From NCBI GenBank assembly GCA_965233865.1, contig OZ247587.1:32001-96000 (forward strand): a stretch of 64,000 bases of DNA, written 5' to 3'. Origin of the DNA: Candidatus Neptunichlamydia sp. (GTDB lineage: Bacteria; Chlamydiota; Chlamydiia; Chlamydiales; Simkaniaceae). Shown in pieces: positions 42,301 to 51,589 of this stretch (position 1 is its first letter; the number at the start of each line of letters is the position of its first letter). The position numbers and the translations under genes are program-made. The notes beneath the pieces were generated by a model. The model made no database searches. It was not told the origin of the DNA and saw nothing but the letters and a program-made list of their open reading frames with translations.

Positions 42301-43680
42301 CTAAATGAGCGTTTTATAAGCGTTTCGAGCAGCATTTCGGACGATCTCTGGAAGTGCTGGATGAATGTAAATCATTTCAAGTAGATCGTGGAGGGTAGAA
42401 TCCATTTGGATCGCTAGAATGAGCATGTGAACCATGTTGGAAGCTTCCTCACCAATAATATGAGCCCCAAGGAGTTTTAAAGTATGTTTTTCAAAGAGGA
42501 GTTTGACGAAGCCAGTCTCAGAAAGAAGAGCCATTCCGCGCGCACTCGCGGCATAAGTATTTTTCCCAATGATATAGGGGATTTTTGCTTCTTTGAGCTC
42601 GCGCTCCGTTTTCCCAACACTAGCGATTTCCGGAGAAGAGAATACAGCGTGAGGAATCCCCTTATAAGTGATCGGTTGGGGCGTCTTCTCATGAAAAAGT
42701 GTTTGGAATAAGTACTCCCCTTCAAAATTGGCTGAGTGACGGAAGAGGAAATTCCCTACACAATCTCCCAAAGCATAGACATTTTTCTGTGTAGTTTGAA
42801 GGTAGTCGTTGACCTTCACAAATCCTTTTTCATCGACCTCAATATCGGTTTTTCTTAAATTTATGGAATCACTCCAAGGTTTAATTCCTGTTGCAACAAT
42901 GAGAGCATCACCTTCAGCCTTATGAAAGTTTCCCTCGCCATCTTTGTAGCTCACTATGATAAGACCATTCTCATAACTTACCTCTTGAAAATCACATCCT
43001 AGGCGGAGTTTCACCTGTTTAGAAAAAGCCTCTTGAAAAGATTCCCTGACATCATCATCTTCAGAGCGAAGTAAAATACTTCTCACCAGAAGCTCCGTTT
43101 CGACGCCAACTGCCGAATAGAAGTATCCAAGTTCAGTGGCAATAAAGCCGCCTCCAATTACAATCAATTTTTTTGGTTTTTTAGTATTGCGAAGAGCCTC
43201 CTGGTAGGTCATGTAGGGGACTTTATCGAGACCTGGAATTTTTGGAATTGAGGCACGAGCGCCTATTCCAAGGATGATTTTGTCACCCGTAAATCGAACT
43301 CCTCCCGCTTCAACAGTCATTTTATCAACAAAATGCCCCTCATGAGGATAGTAATCAATATTCGAATTTTCCTCGTAAAGGGTCGCGATGCTTTCAGATT
43401 CTGCATCAATAGTATGATTGACTCTCTTCACCAAATGCTCGAAGTCAATATCAAAATTTCCTTTAAAATTGATTTCAAATCGTTTTGCATCTCTAATGAG
43501 TGAAGCGAGCTGAGCAGTATGGATAAGCATCTTGGAGGGAATACACCCCTTATTGAGACAAGTTCCTCCAAGCGGGCCCTTCTCGATGATAGCGACTTGC
43601 TTGCCAAGTTTGGCAACGGGAGTTACAAGTTTTGTTCCTCCTCCCGATCCGATGACAATCACATCGTACTGCTTTTCCAT
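42301..43680 (-). CDS. Flavoprotein disulfide reductase (dihydrolipoamide dehydrogenase family, mycothione-reductase-like)
   Basis: IGSGGG, GGTCLNKGCIPSK, GGGFIATE, HPALPE. Confidence 0.9.
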   Translation of the reverse strand: MEKQYDVIVIGSGGGTKLVTPVAKLGKQVAIIEKGPLGGTCLNKGCIPSKMLIHTAQLASLIRDAKRFEINFKGNFDIDFEHLVKRVNHTIDAESESIATLYEENSNIDYYPHEGHFVDKMTVEAGGVRFTGDKIILGIGARASIPKIPGLDKVPYMTYQEALRNTKKPKKLIVIGGGFIATELGYFYSAVGVETELLVRSILLRSEDDDVRESFQEAFSKQVKLRLGCDFQEVSYENGLIIVSYKDGEGNFHKAEGDALIVATGIKPWSDSINLRKTDIEVDEKGFVKVNDYLQTTQKNVYALGDCVGNFLFRHSANFEGEYLFQTLFHEKTPQPITYKGIPHAVFSSPEIASVGKTERELKEAKIPYIIGKNTYAASARGMALLSETGFVKLLFEKHTLKLLGAHIIGEEASNMVHMLILAIQMDSTLHDLLEMIYIHPALPEIVRNAARNAYKTLI

Positions 43681-43899
43681 AGGCCATTTAATTTCTATAT
43701 TAACACCAAAAGCCACGAATAAAACTATAGCCACCAGAAGTCAAGTAATTATAACTTATTTTGCTTAATACAGGACGTTTTTTAACAGATCCAATATTCC
43801 TCGAAGCTTATCAAACCCATATCTAAAAATTCTCTTCCTCAAAGATAATTTGATTACTCAAACCACGATATAAGTATCAATCAAAATTTTCACTCCCTC

Positions 43900-43928
43900 T
43901 TGCTTCACTATTCCTGCTAGGTTATAAT
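43900..43928 (+). promoter_or_regulatory. Sigma66/70-type promoter
   Basis: TTGCTT-17 nt-TATAAT, 26 nt upstream of ATG 43955. Confidence 0.65.
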
Positions 43929-43954
43929 CGAGAAAAAAATAAGGATCAAAAATA

Positions 43955-44494
43955 ATGAAAAAATGGTTATTTGTTTTTTTAACTCTTAGTGGTCTTGCCT
44001 TTGCAGATAAAAAGGAAGAAAGGGCACAAAACCTTTGCAGCTTCACTGGGGATATCTTTGAAATTTTGAGTGAAGAATCTCGCATTGTCGATGAGGAGAA
44101 AATAGCTGTAGCCTATAGTGCATTCATCGGTAGACTCCATCAGTATAAAAAAGATTCTAATCCAGAAATTGTGGATCTTGCGGAAAAATTTATTGCCTCC
44201 TTCAAACTCAAAAAAGAAAGCAAAGAGGGGATTGGCGATGCTGTTTCATCGCTTGGCCGACTGGTAAAGTGTTCCGTAGATGATGAGCATTATCGGTACG
44301 ACACCTCCTACCTTCTCCATAAGGGAGATATTGAAAAAGAACTTTCCCATATGGAAGCCCGACTAGGGGAGCGCATCCCACAAGGGAAAAGCCTCAATTA
44401 TCACAAGGTAATGATTGAATCTTTGGCTGATCAGGAATATGACCTTGCTCTCTACTCATATCTGAAAATTGCAGAAACTCGCTGCCAAAAATAA
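43955..44494 (+). CDS. Exported hypothetical protein
   Basis: MKKWLFVFLTLSGLAFA signal peptide; own promoter, SD AAGGA and terminator. Confidence 0.8.
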   Translation: MKKWLFVFLTLSGLAFADKKEERAQNLCSFTGDIFEILSEESRIVDEEKIAVAYSAFIGRLHQYKKDSNPEIVDLAEKFIASFKLKKESKEGIGDAVSSLGRLVKCSVDDEHYRYDTSYLLHKGDIEKELSHMEARLGERIPQGKSLNYHKVMIESLADQEYDLALYSYLKIAETRCQK

Positions 44495-44518
44495 ACCTAT
44501 TGAGTCCTATATTATCGG

Positions 44519-44546
44519 GGGAGCAGCTTAAGCTGCTCCCTTTTTT
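44519..44546 (+). terminator. Intrinsic terminator
   Basis: GGGAGCAGC-TTAA-GCTGCTCCC-TTTTTT. Confidence 0.85.
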
Positions 44547-44741
44547 CTTGGTTTTTTTCAATAAATTTATAACCGAATGAGTGAAAAAAATCGTATTACT
44601 TGTTATTTAGATTGAGATCGCTCTCACCCTCGCGCCGCTACTAGTACCAGAGCCTTCACTTTTGTAAAATAAATTTTAATTAATATAGATGAAGGAATAA
44701 GACTATTTATTTAGAGTTTGGAATTTGAGCAAAGAAGGGAC

Positions 44742-45221
44742 TCAATCGTCGTCGTAAGCTTTTCCTCGGATCTTCTTCTTCCATTTCATCCAACCAGGAA
44801 GGCGGTACATGGAAAGGAAGGAAAGGATCATTACCGTTGAGGAGACAGCTAGGATATACATTTTATTTGCAACGGCAAGTCCAATTGATGCAGTGGCCCA
44901 CACTGTCGCTGCTGTCGTGAGGCCTCGGATACGTCCCTTATCACGAAGAATTACACCTGCCCCCAAGAAACCGATACCACTGACAATTTGGGCGGAAATC
45001 CGTGAAGGATCAGCTGCTCCTGTCATCGTATTTGAAAAGCTAGGACCGGTGACATTCATAGAAATAAACCCAAATAGACAAGATCCTAAAGCGACAGCGG
45101 CATGGGTCCGGATTCCAGCAAGCCCTACGTGACGCTCTCTCTCGAGCCCGATTACAGCTCCTAAGAATGCAGCTAGTAGAATGTGCCCAGCAAGTACCAA
45201 TTCTTCATGGTATTCAATCAT
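44742..45221 (-). CDS. MgtC/SapB family membrane protein
   Basis: IGLERE, AGIRTH, DPSRISAQIVSGIGFLGAG, GLTTAA. Confidence 0.95.
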   Translation of the reverse strand: MIEYHEELVLAGHILLAAFLGAVIGLERERHVGLAGIRTHAAVALGSCLFGFISMNVTGPSFSNTMTGAADPSRISAQIVSGIGFLGAGVILRDKGRIRGLTTAATVWATASIGLAVANKMYILAVSSTVMILSFLSMYRLPGWMKWKKKIRGKAYDDD

Positions 45222-45307
45222 AATTTTTATTTACCGACTTCCTAATGAATTGTAAATGAAAAAATTATCTTTTTTTGGAAGAGGTTTTCTGGTATCCTTC
45301 CGGAGTT

Positions 45308-45757
45308 ATGGTTGTCCCTCAAAGAAAGTTTAGAGAAATCGTCTTCCAGATGGTTTATAGTCGTGATCTCAATGATGAAGCTGATGCGAAGGTCCTTTCT
45401 TCCATGCTTGATCAACTTGTGGTTACACGGAAGGTGCTCCATCATGCTTTTGCAAAGGTGGAGGAAATTTTCGGAATCGTAGATGAGATTGATACCTTGA
45501 TTTCTAAATTTTCAAAGGATTATGATTTCAAAAGGATCTCCTGTGTCGAGCGTAATATTTTACGCCTTGGCGTTTTTGAATTAAAATATGAAGGAGAGGT
45601 CCCCCCCAAAGTGGCTATTGCTGAAGCAATTCGACTCAGTCGAAAGTTTGGAACCCCTGAGGGAGGAGCGTTTGTTAACGCTGTATTAGATGCAATCTTT
45701 CAATCAGAGGACTCCCCGTGTCTATCGAAACCCGTATTGAATTCAACAAGCCTTTAA
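45308..45757 (+). CDS. nusB: Transcription antitermination factor NusB
   Basis: VERNILRLGVFE, VAIAEAIRLSRKF, FVNAVLD. Confidence 0.96.
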   Translation: MVVPQRKFREIVFQMVYSRDLNDEADAKVLSSMLDQLVVTRKVLHHAFAKVEEIFGIVDEIDTLISKFSKDYDFKRISCVERNILRLGVFELKYEGEVPPKVAIAEAIRLSRKFGTPEGGAFVNAVLDAIFQSEDSPCLSKPVLNSTSL

Positions 45758-46590
45758 AGGGACTCTCGACATTTGGAATCGGGGGGGAAGCTCGCTATTT
45801 TATATCTATCCAGACAGTAGATGAGATGCAAGAGCTTAGGATGTTTCTTAACCGAGAAAGCATACCCTATTGGGTTGTTGGAAAGGGCTCTAATTCCCTT
45901 TTTAGTGATCGTGGGTTTGATGGGATGATCATTCTCAATAGAATTGATTTTTTTGAATTCGATGAAGGGTCTCTTCATGTGGGGGCTGGATATTCATTTT
46001 CCCTTCTAGGAGCGCAAATGGCGCGAAAAAAATGGAGCGGTCTTGAGTTTGCCTCAGGGATCCCTGGGTCTGTCGGGGGAGCTATCTATATGAATGCCGG
46101 CGCCAATAGGAAAGAAACCTGTGATACACTAACCCATGTTGGAGTGATTAATAAGGGTGGAGAGTACAGAGAAATGGCAGACCCTGTATTCTCGTATCGT
46201 ACCTCTCCTTTTCAAAATAATGAGGACATCATCGTTTCAGGACGATTTCAACTCGTAAAGCATGAACAGGCCCGAAAAAATCAACTCGAGATTATCGAAT
46301 ATCGAATGCGGACACAACCGTATGGCGAAAAAAGTGCAGGGTGCATCTTTCGTAATCCTGATGCTGCAAAGGTTGGCGCACTAATTGAAAAATGCGGTTT
46401 AAAAGGAAAGAGTATAGGGGGCGCCGAAGTTTCGACTCTTCATGGAAATTTTATCATCAACCGGGGAAGAGCTACGGCTTCAGATGTTCTAGAGTTGGCC
46501 AAATGTATCAAAGAAACAATAAGGAAAAAAACAGGGCATGAACTTGAAATGGAAATACGCCCCATTCCTTATAATATTGGAGAGTACTGA
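45718..46590 (+). CDS. murB: UDP-N-acetylmuramate dehydrogenase
   Basis: FGIGG, GKGSN, GLEF..GIPGSVGGA.YMNAGA, SAGCIFRNP, HGNFIIN. Confidence 0.97.
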   Translation: MSIETRIEFNKPLKGLSTFGIGGEARYFISIQTVDEMQELRMFLNRESIPYWVVGKGSNSLFSDRGFDGMIILNRIDFFEFDEGSLHVGAGYSFSLLGAQMARKKWSGLEFASGIPGSVGGAIYMNAGANRKETCDTLTHVGVINKGGEYREMADPVFSYRTSPFQNNEDIIVSGRFQLVKHEQARKNQLEIIEYRMRTQPYGEKSAGCIFRNPDAAKVGALIEKCGLKGKSIGGAEVSTLHGNFIINRGRATASDVLELAKCIKETIRKKTGHELEMEIRPIPYNIGEY

Positions 46591-47396
46591 TGTATCGCGC
46601 TGACCTTCATTGTCACTCCACCTGTAGCGATGGAACGTGCAGTCCTAGTGAGTTGCTTATATTAGCAAAAAAGAAAGGGCTGAGTGGTCTTGCTATTACG
46701 GACCACGATACTCTGGATGCTTACACGGAAAATCTCTTTGGTGAAGCAAAATCTCTTGGGGTCAAGCTGTTTGTAGGGGCAGAATTTTCAACACGCCATG
46801 AGGGGTATCCTGTTCATCTCCTTGGATACGGGGTAGAAAAAACCCCAGAAATCCTTGATTTTTGCAAACAACATCAAGAAAGGCGTCTCTACCGCAACCG
46901 GAGCATCTTAGAAAAGCTTAAGCGACTCTCAGTTATTGTTGATGAGGAAGAACTTGGCAACCCGAAGGATCGGACAGTAGGACGTCCCCATATTGCACAA
47001 CTCTTGCTGGAAAAAGGAATTGTTTCCTCAATTCAAGAAGCGTTCGATCGGTTCATTGGGGAAGGAAAGCCCTGTTTTGAGCCCGGTGAGAGCGTCAAAC
47101 CCGAAGAAACCATTCAGATTATTCAAAATGCCGGAGGAAAGGCCTTTATTGCCCACCCCCACTTGGTGAGAAAAGGAGCGGTTTTAAATGCTCTTCTCTC
47201 AATGCCTTTTGATGGGATTGAATGCTATTATGGGCGTTTCAATAACCATGAAAAACGGTGGCTTTCTGTGGCTAAGAAACATGGGTTTCTTGTAAGTGGT
47301 GGTTCGGATTTTCATGGAACAGTGAAACCTCATATCGAGCTCGGCTGTTCCTGGGCAGGAGAGGAAGAAGTCTTGAAACTTTTTGGAGAAAGATGA
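46590..47396 (+). CDS. PHP-domain metal-dependent phosphoesterase
   Basis: DLHCHSTCSDG, AITDHD, GRPH, AHP, GGSDFHG. Confidence 0.95.
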   Translation: MYRADLHCHSTCSDGTCSPSELLILAKKKGLSGLAITDHDTLDAYTENLFGEAKSLGVKLFVGAEFSTRHEGYPVHLLGYGVEKTPEILDFCKQHQERRLYRNRSILEKLKRLSVIVDEEELGNPKDRTVGRPHIAQLLLEKGIVSSIQEAFDRFIGEGKPCFEPGESVKPEETIQIIQNAGGKAFIAHPHLVRKGAVLNALLSMPFDGIECYYGRFNNHEKRWLSVAKKHGFLVSGGSDFHGTVKPHIELGCSWAGEEEVLKLFGER

Positions 47397-48475
47397 CCCG
47401 GTATCATGAGCTTACGGATTTTTTATTTTCGTTAAACCGATCAAAAGAACTTAAAACTGACCTATCCACGCCCCTTGATTTAGCTGAAAAATTGGATCAT
47501 CCAGAGAAGGACTTTCCGCTAGTTCATATTGCTGGGACCAATGGGAAGGGAACCGTTGCTTTGAAGCTATCTGCCGTCCTTCAGGAAAATGGTTACCGAG
47601 TGGGGCTCTTTACCTCTCCTCACCTCTATACTTACTGTGAACGGATTCAAATTAATGGCAAAATGATTTCAGAAGAAGATGTTGTTTCAGGCCTCGAAAA
47701 AATCCTCCCTCTTGCAAAAGACCCTAAATTTTTTGAGATTACTACACTGCTTGCTTTTCATTATTTTGCGCGCGAGGAGGTTGATATCGCCATCATTGAA
47801 GCGGGGCTTGGCGGAAGGCTTGATGCAACAAACATTATCGACCCAATTCTCTCAATCATTACATCAATTGATATTGACCATTCCTCAATTTTGGGGGGAA
47901 CTCTTGATGCAATTGCTAAGGAAAAAGGAGGGATTATTAAAAATAACACCCCTGTTGTTTTAGGGGAGTCAGCTGCTAGAAAACCTATTTTTGATATCGC
48001 TGATGAGAAGAATGCACTTGTGATTCTTTCTAGAGAGGGGAGCCTGAATATTGCTCGAAAAGCGCTAAAGCACCTTCCCTTTGACACTGAAAGTACCAAC
48101 AGCTTGGTGCAGCGACCTCCTTGTCGCTTTGAAAAGAGAGGAGATATGCTCCTAGATGTGGCGCACAACCCTGCGGCCTTTACCCGTCTTTTTGAGAAAA
48201 TAAAAAAAGAATACCGAAGAAAAAAGATTCATGTCCTGCTTGGCATGGCAAAGGATAAGGATGTTGAAGGGTCTCTCAAAGTCATAGAGAAGTATGCGGA
48301 CCACATTGCTCTACTGCCTTCAAATCACCCTAGGCTTCTTCCTCAAAAGAGCTTTAGGGTAGGGACACCTATGACCCTTGATGAGGCGCTTGCTTATGCG
48401 AAGAAAGAGAAGGCTCTGCCAGTCGTAACTGGATCATTTTACATTATGCCACAGGTGGGGCTTCTGCAAACATAA
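47393..48475 (+). CDS. folC: Folylpolyglutamate synthase/dihydrofolate synthase
   Basis: HIAGTNGKG, TSPHL, EAGLGGRLDATN, LDVAHNP. Confidence 0.95.
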   Translation: MTRYHELTDFLFSLNRSKELKTDLSTPLDLAEKLDHPEKDFPLVHIAGTNGKGTVALKLSAVLQENGYRVGLFTSPHLYTYCERIQINGKMISEEDVVSGLEKILPLAKDPKFFEITTLLAFHYFAREEVDIAIIEAGLGGRLDATNIIDPILSIITSIDIDHSSILGGTLDAIAKEKGGIIKNNTPVVLGESAARKPIFDIADEKNALVILSREGSLNIARKALKHLPFDTESTNSLVQRPPCRFEKRGDMLLDVAHNPAAFTRLFEKIKKEYRRKKIHVLLGMAKDKDVEGSLKVIEKYADHIALLPSNHPRLLPQKSFRVGTPMTLDEALAYAKKEKALPVVTGSFYIMPQVGLLQT

Positions 48476-49229
48476 TCTCAATCTCTTTCTGAGAGGGAGA
48501 ATATCCATCCTTACGCACTATTTGCATACCCATGGTGACCATTTCACGGATATACTTAGCTGAATGATCAACAGGCCCTAGTTCTTTTTGAACATCTTGT
48601 GGAAGTTGGCGAAACTTTATAATTCCTTTAGGGTGTTCTTGATGAATAAGTTGTGCAACTTGTAAAATTTCAATAGAAAGCTCGGCTTCTTCCCACTCAG
48701 GGGTAACAACCGCTCCAATAACTTCAGATTCTGGTAACATTTCCTCGTCCTCAATAAAGTTGAGTTGAGAATGGTGTACCATATCATCTATTTTTGAAAA
48801 AGGAGTTTGACCAGAAAGTTCTGCAAGTTTCAATGAGGCTATTCGAAGAAAGTTTGAATTATCTCTTGAAAGAGAATTATTGCTCCAAATATCAGCCATC
48901 ACTTCTTTGAGGGTTTGTGTGCGATGGACTAGCTCTTCAGAAGAGGTGTACGCGCCACTACCCAGCGCAGTCGCTTCTTCATAGATTGCATCAACCATAT
49001 GATTTACATTCAAAGTATGAACTCGACCACAGAGATTTTGAAACTTGTTCCGAGTTTCTTCAGGAAGGTTTGAAACATCAATGTTATTTACTCGTTGGAT
49101 GATACCAAAGAGATCTTTTCGATTATAAGTCTCCTGTCTATGAACTACATCATAGAGTTCTTCAACAACGTCAGATTGGCGTTCTTGAAAAAAGATTGGA
49201 GAGGTATCGACAATTTTTTTTAATTCCAT
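48444..49229 (-). CDS. Hypothetical helical protein
   Basis: 261-aa ORF, convergent 32-nt overlap with folC. Confidence 0.7.
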   Translation of the reverse strand: MELKKIVDTSPIFFQERQSDVVEELYDVVHRQETYNRKDLFGIIQRVNNIDVSNLPEETRNKFQNLCGRVHTLNVNHMVDAIYEEATALGSGAYTSSEELVHRTQTLKEVMADIWSNNSLSRDNSNFLRIASLKLAELSGQTPFSKIDDMVHHSQLNFIEDEEMLPESEVIGAVVTPEWEEAELSIEILQVAQLIHQEHPKGIIKFRQLPQDVQKELGPVDHSAKYIREMVTMGMQIVRKDGYSPSQKEIEIMFAEAPPVA

Positions 49230-49380
49230 ACTTTACTTTATTCATTTTATGACTGTTTATTAACAGTTTATTAAAATCCCACATGTATTTATTATACTAA
49301 ATGTTTAATTCTCAGACAATTCATAATCATTTCTTACTCATATAGAAATCGATTGAATTGCGTAAAGTATAAAATATTTT

Positions 49381-49911
49381 CTATGTTGTTTTTTGGATGA
49401 GGAGCAGTGAAGGCGCTTTAGAGCGGTTGACTGACTGGTGATGAGAAATCTGAAATTTTTTCGGAGAAAAGTTTGCAGTTAGACTAAGGAGAGCAGCCTC
49501 CTCCCTAGATCCCTCAGAATGACCGGGGTAGATCATGCAGCTGATGAGGCCTCTTGGGTTGAGGAGGATTATGCCGGTTTCGATGCTTTTAAGAGTTGTT
49601 TGTACGTTGGTTGTAAGAGATTTATCTCCTCTAGGGAGATACCCAAGATTGTAGACAATAAGATCAACGGGATTCTTGACGGAAGCAAATGCAGAGTGAC
49701 ACTCTAGGTGGTAAGAAATATTTTTATCTTCTCCAACCCGAGATTTTGTTGAATTCAGCGCCTTTTTTTGAATATCAAACACATACAAATGAGTAAGATC
49801 CAAATGTGCGAGTACTTCGGTATCGTATCCGTTGCCACACGTTGCATCGATTGCAAAGTTGCCAGGTTTTAAATGGTCCTTCCAAACTTGGTGTGCGAGC
49901 TTAAGAAACAT
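49381..49911 (-). CDS. Class I SAM-dependent methyltransferase (YtqB/MnmM-like)
   Basis: IDATCGNGYDT, FDIQ, NLGYLPRGD, YPGH..G..E. Confidence 0.9.
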   Translation of the reverse strand: MFLKLAHQVWKDHLKPGNFAIDATCGNGYDTEVLAHLDLTHLYVFDIQKKALNSTKSRVGEDKNISYHLECHSAFASVKNPVDLIVYNLGYLPRGDKSLTTNVQTTLKSIETGIILLNPRGLISCMIYPGHSEGSREEAALLSLTANFSPKKFQISHHQSVNRSKAPSLLLIQKTT

Positions 49912-49946
49912 TGATTCGATTTTCCAGAAACCTTATGGTAGCCATC

Positions 49947-51479
49947 ATGATAACAGAAACAAACATTTTAATCATAGGAGGGGGAGTAGCAGGGCTGGTT
50001 GCTGCTTTGGAGCTTGGAGATCGAGGAATCGATGTGGTAGTAATTTCTTCAGGAAAAGGATTAAGCTCTGTCAACTCCTACCGAGCACAAGGAGGAATAG
50101 GGTATAAGGCTCCACATGAGCCTGAGGGGCTTTTTAAAGCTGACATCATGAATGCTGGAGCAGGTCTTTGCAATGAACAAGCAGTGGATCAACTCGTTCA
50201 GCTTGGCCCTAAAGCGATTGAAGAAAACCTCAGAGGGATTCCCTTTGAAAAAGAAGAAAGTGGAGAATGGAAGCGTACCCAAGAAGGAGCTCACTCCATT
50301 CCTCGGATTCTTTTCTACGGAGATCAAACAGGAAAAGTTATTATGGAGGGAGTATATCAAAAAGTCACGAATCATCCCCGTATTACTCTTCTGTATAACC
50401 AGAGCGCTATCGATTTAATTACCCTTTCTCATCATTCAAAAAGAGTGGCTGATATCTATCAACCTCAGACATGTGTTGGGGCCTACATTCTGAGCCATCA
50501 AACAGAAGAAGTATATGCGCTGTTTGCGGAGGAAACGATCCTTGCAACAGGGGGGGTAGGAGAATGTTTTCTTCATACAACCAACGGTAAGGAAGCGCGG
50601 GGGGATGGCATTGCAATGGCTTATCGCGCGGGTGTGCGGATTATGAATATGGAGTATGTTCAGTTTCATCCCACAGCCCTTTATACAACCGGAGAGCCGC
50701 GCTTCCTTCTATCAGAAGCTCTGAGAGGGGAAGGAGGGAAAATTTTGTCTCATAAAGGAAACATCTTAGTCGATCCACTTTCTTCACGAGACGTTGCATC
50801 GCGAGCCATTTTTGAAGAGATGGTTAGAACTAACCAGCCCCATGTATGGCTTGATATTCAGTTTAAAGGAAAAGAAGCTTTGCAGAAACGGTTTCCAACA
50901 ATCTATCAGCATTGCAAAGATCGAGGGTGGGAGATGGATAAACACCCCCTTCCCGTTGTCCCGGCCGCTCATTATAGCTGCGGTGGGGTGGCAGTGGATT
51001 TAGAGGGGCAGACAACCATGCGGGGTTTAAGAGCTATTGGGGAGGTAGCTTGTAGTGGTTTGCATGGAGCCAACCGTCTTGCATCAACAGCACTTCTTGA
51101 AGGGATTGTTTGGGCAAGAACTTGCAGTCGATCGATTCACATAAAAAAGGTTAATTTTCCTGAAATTGAGCCCTGGAAAATGGGAGTCGAAAAAATTGAT
51201 AAAGCCCTGATTCAACAAGATTGGATGACCATCAAACAAACCATGTGGAATTATGTGGGTCTTTTGAGAAATTCTTGGCGCCTTAAAAGAGCAAATAAAA
51301 TGCTAAGCGAACTTAAATGGGAAATTGACTCTTTTTATGAAGAAGCTCTGCTAACTCCAGAACTCCTTGCTCTTCGAAATGGATGCGAAACAGCCCTTCT
51401 TATTACTCAAGGAGCGTTTCAAAGCCCGCGTTCTCGAGGATGTCACTATATCGTTGATGAGAAATTAGCTTTCATATAG
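49947..51479 (+). CDS. nadB: L-aspartate oxidase
   Basis: GGGVAGL, SYRAQGGI, EGAHS, QFHPT, SEALRGEG, HYSCGG, GLHGANRLAS. Confidence 0.93.
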   Translation: MITETNILIIGGGVAGLVAALELGDRGIDVVVISSGKGLSSVNSYRAQGGIGYKAPHEPEGLFKADIMNAGAGLCNEQAVDQLVQLGPKAIEENLRGIPFEKEESGEWKRTQEGAHSIPRILFYGDQTGKVIMEGVYQKVTNHPRITLLYNQSAIDLITLSHHSKRVADIYQPQTCVGAYILSHQTEEVYALFAEETILATGGVGECFLHTTNGKEARGDGIAMAYRAGVRIMNMEYVQFHPTALYTTGEPRFLLSEALRGEGGKILSHKGNILVDPLSSRDVASRAIFEEMVRTNQPHVWLDIQFKGKEALQKRFPTIYQHCKDRGWEMDKHPLPVVPAAHYSCGGVAVDLEGQTTMRGLRAIGEVACSGLHGANRLASTALLEGIVWARTCSRSIHIKKVNFPEIEPWKMGVEKIDKALIQQDWMTIKQTMWNYVGLLRNSWRLKRANKMLSELKWEIDSFYEEALLTPELLALRNGCETALLITQGAFQSPRSRGCHYIVDEKLAFI

Positions 51480-51482
51480 AAT
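51454..51482 (+). promoter_or_regulatory. Putative sigma66/70 promoter for tRNA-Val and downstream genes
   Basis: TTGATG-17 nt-TAGAAT. Confidence 0.55.
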
Positions 51483-51504
51483 GTTGGAAATTAAAATTCC
51501 AAAT

Positions 51505-51578
51505 GGGGTATTAGCTCAGTTGGTTAGAGCGCCACGTTGACATCGTGGAGGTCAGCTGTTCGAGTCAGCTATATCCCA
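51505..51578 (+). tRNA. tRNA-Val(GAC)
   Basis: GGGGTAT/ATATCCC acceptor stem, CCACG-TTGACAT-CGTGG anticodon arm, AGCTG-TTCGAGT-CAGCT T-arm. Confidence 0.95.
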
Positions 51579-51589
51579 ACCATTTTATT

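Noticed and set aside
49228..49370. 9-bp inverted repeat ATACTTTAC/GTAAAGTAT bounding an intergenic gap
   Set aside because: Too short and AT-rich to distinguish from chance
51545..51589. GTG start of the ThrRS-like ORF
   Set aside because: Lies inside tRNA-Val; TTG 51590 is the first plausible start
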